Shown here piece after piece: positions 62,308 through 64,000 of a DNA stretch of 64,000 nt (position 1 is the stretch's first letter; every line of letters begins with the position of its first letter). A program made the translations under genes and the position numbers. Source of the stretch: Pseudogymnoascus verrucosus (Eukaryota). The stretch lies in assembly GCA_001662655.1 (NCBI GenBank), contig KV460246.1; one strand, written 5' to 3'. The notes under the pieces are model-generated. The model had not been told where the DNA came from. It saw nothing but the letters and a program-made list of their open reading frames with translations, and made no database searches.

Positions 62308-64000
62308 AATGGCGATAGGGTTATGCTTTAACTTCTGTAGAAATATATATTAGGGGCGTTGTAGCGCTGTTGTATAACTTAAATGTTGGCTCAACGGCTG
62401 CCTTTATAACCTATGGTTGAACTATGGTTGGTACCTTTTTTAGCCAACTTATAAATAAATAGAACATATAGTAGAAGATATAATATGATGTAATATATGT
62501 AGATCTTACTAATTATAGTGTCATGTGGTTGCTAAACCCGTATAGCATGTCTTAACCTGTTTAGGTGAGACACCGTATACGAACGCTTCTGTGCATGCCA
62601 CTAGATTCGGTGTGAATAATGTTGAGATCTTCGCTCCACTATAAGGTATTATTGGCGCAATGACAAGACAGTCCTCGTATCTCACCCCAGCTGACCCATA
62701 TACTATAGCATCCTGCCACAGTTTCCGAACGAAACATCCCCCATGACATTCCTCTGCTTCTCGTATACTACACTTCAAAGAACTACCGACATATGTAGGC
62801 AGTGAGCATCTAATCGAATGGATACGAGACGGAGGAACCTTGTCTACTACCTAAACAGCTGGAATCAACACTTGTAAGGCTAATCGAGAGCCACTCCCTC
62901 ATATTCCCCTACCACGCATTCGTTCGCAAACATATTGACGAATGCAGGTCCAGCGGCACAACCGATGGTGGCTATATAAGGAAGGCAACCCTGGCCTATT
63001 TAGTGTCACCACCAAACTGACATGCTTAATCTTACTCACTCTGATCATCCCCCTGCCCACCCTCGCCTTACCCGAAGAATACCCTCACGGGGGTAAGCGG
63101 CTCAGATTCCACGTCATATTCACTGGCACGATTGAGACTATCGTCCAGGTGTTATGCAAGCTTGTGTATGGCAGAGCAGACGCGATGCCCAATTCTCTCG
63201 AGTCTATGGTCATAGAGGCTTGCAGGTCTCTACCATAGTAGGATATGAGTGATAGAGATGCGATGGTTACCACTATAGTCTCTAGCTTCGTTCCAACATA
63301 TATCCTAGGTGGTGGAGTGTAAGTGTCTATATCATAACGCCAAATTTATAACACAGACGTTGCTATAACCCAGACCAATCTCAACCCCAGAACCCAGCAT
63401 GGTACTGTAGTAGTTCGCCCTCGACCTCTAAATGTCACCGTCGTCCAGCAATAATCGCACCCCGCCTCGCCCCTGAGTAGCTGTGATTTCAGATTTTAGT
63501 CTTCCATTCATCCATTCATCTATCCGCCTGGCCATAATCAGGCGATCGTTGATACAGATAATGACGGGGTGAAGAGACATGACTGCGCGGTTGTGCAGGG
63601 CTGTAGTGAGATGCTTCCGAGAAGCATCACCTTGCGACAGTCCAAGGATCTCCTTGACGTTTCGGACTTGATCATAAGTCCATAAGTATCTAGGGGTTTG
63701 ATTTCCTGGAGTCCTCGACTTTTAATGCCGATGTGATAATTGGATTTTGACGCTTTCGCGATATTTGTGTTTTGCCAAGGGATCACTACAATTATGCAAT
63801 GTCCACCACCTCGGCTGCCATTTTCCCTTGCAAAATCCTCGGAACTAGGGCCGTTAGATCTAATAACTCATGTAACTCAGATGGTTTTTGTACTTGATCA
63901 TCTTGGTTAGATTCGAAAATTGGGATGTCAAGCCATCGAAAAGGAGAGATGGGAAGATCTGATTCTGCCATTCGCCGCCGCAATGTTTCCAGAAGCGTGG

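Noticed and set aside
63430..64000. Broken minus-strand coding-like frames at the window end
   Set aside because: Interrupted by stops and frame changes, truncated by the window edge, and no family recognised

Overview
Eukaryotic DNA from a filamentous ascomycete (short GT-AG introns with CTRAC/CTAAT branch sites, Pezizomycotina-type genes); the species cannot be determined from the sequence. I find about 25 protein-coding genes and no RNA genes or CRISPR arrays. The first ~16.6 kb is mostly conserved housekeeping: palA/RIM20, a pyruvate dehydrogenase kinase-family kinase, sphingosine-1-phosphate lyase, a divergent phosphomannose isomerase-like gene and peroxisomal PCS60. Apart from MET6, the rest is accessory-like. 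It holds CAZymes (AA9, GH3, CBM1-GH43, GH134, CBM1-GH5_7), small secreted proteins, cerato-platanin, a PTH11-like receptor, two solo LTRs with 5-bp target-site duplications and a mutated Tc1/IS630 relic. Main leads: (1) an intact 4-exon RhoGDI that lacks the N-terminal regulatory arm and looks amoebozoan rather than fungal, next to the transposon relic and a 10-Cys secreted peptide; (2) a transporter / CLR-1-like Zn2Cys6 factor / intracellular GH3 module whose promoters share CCG-N5-CCG elements; (3) a PMI paralogue missing the phosphate-binding residues; (4) a spliced small ORF upstream of the kinase. Family calls come from motifs recognised from memory, not from database searches.
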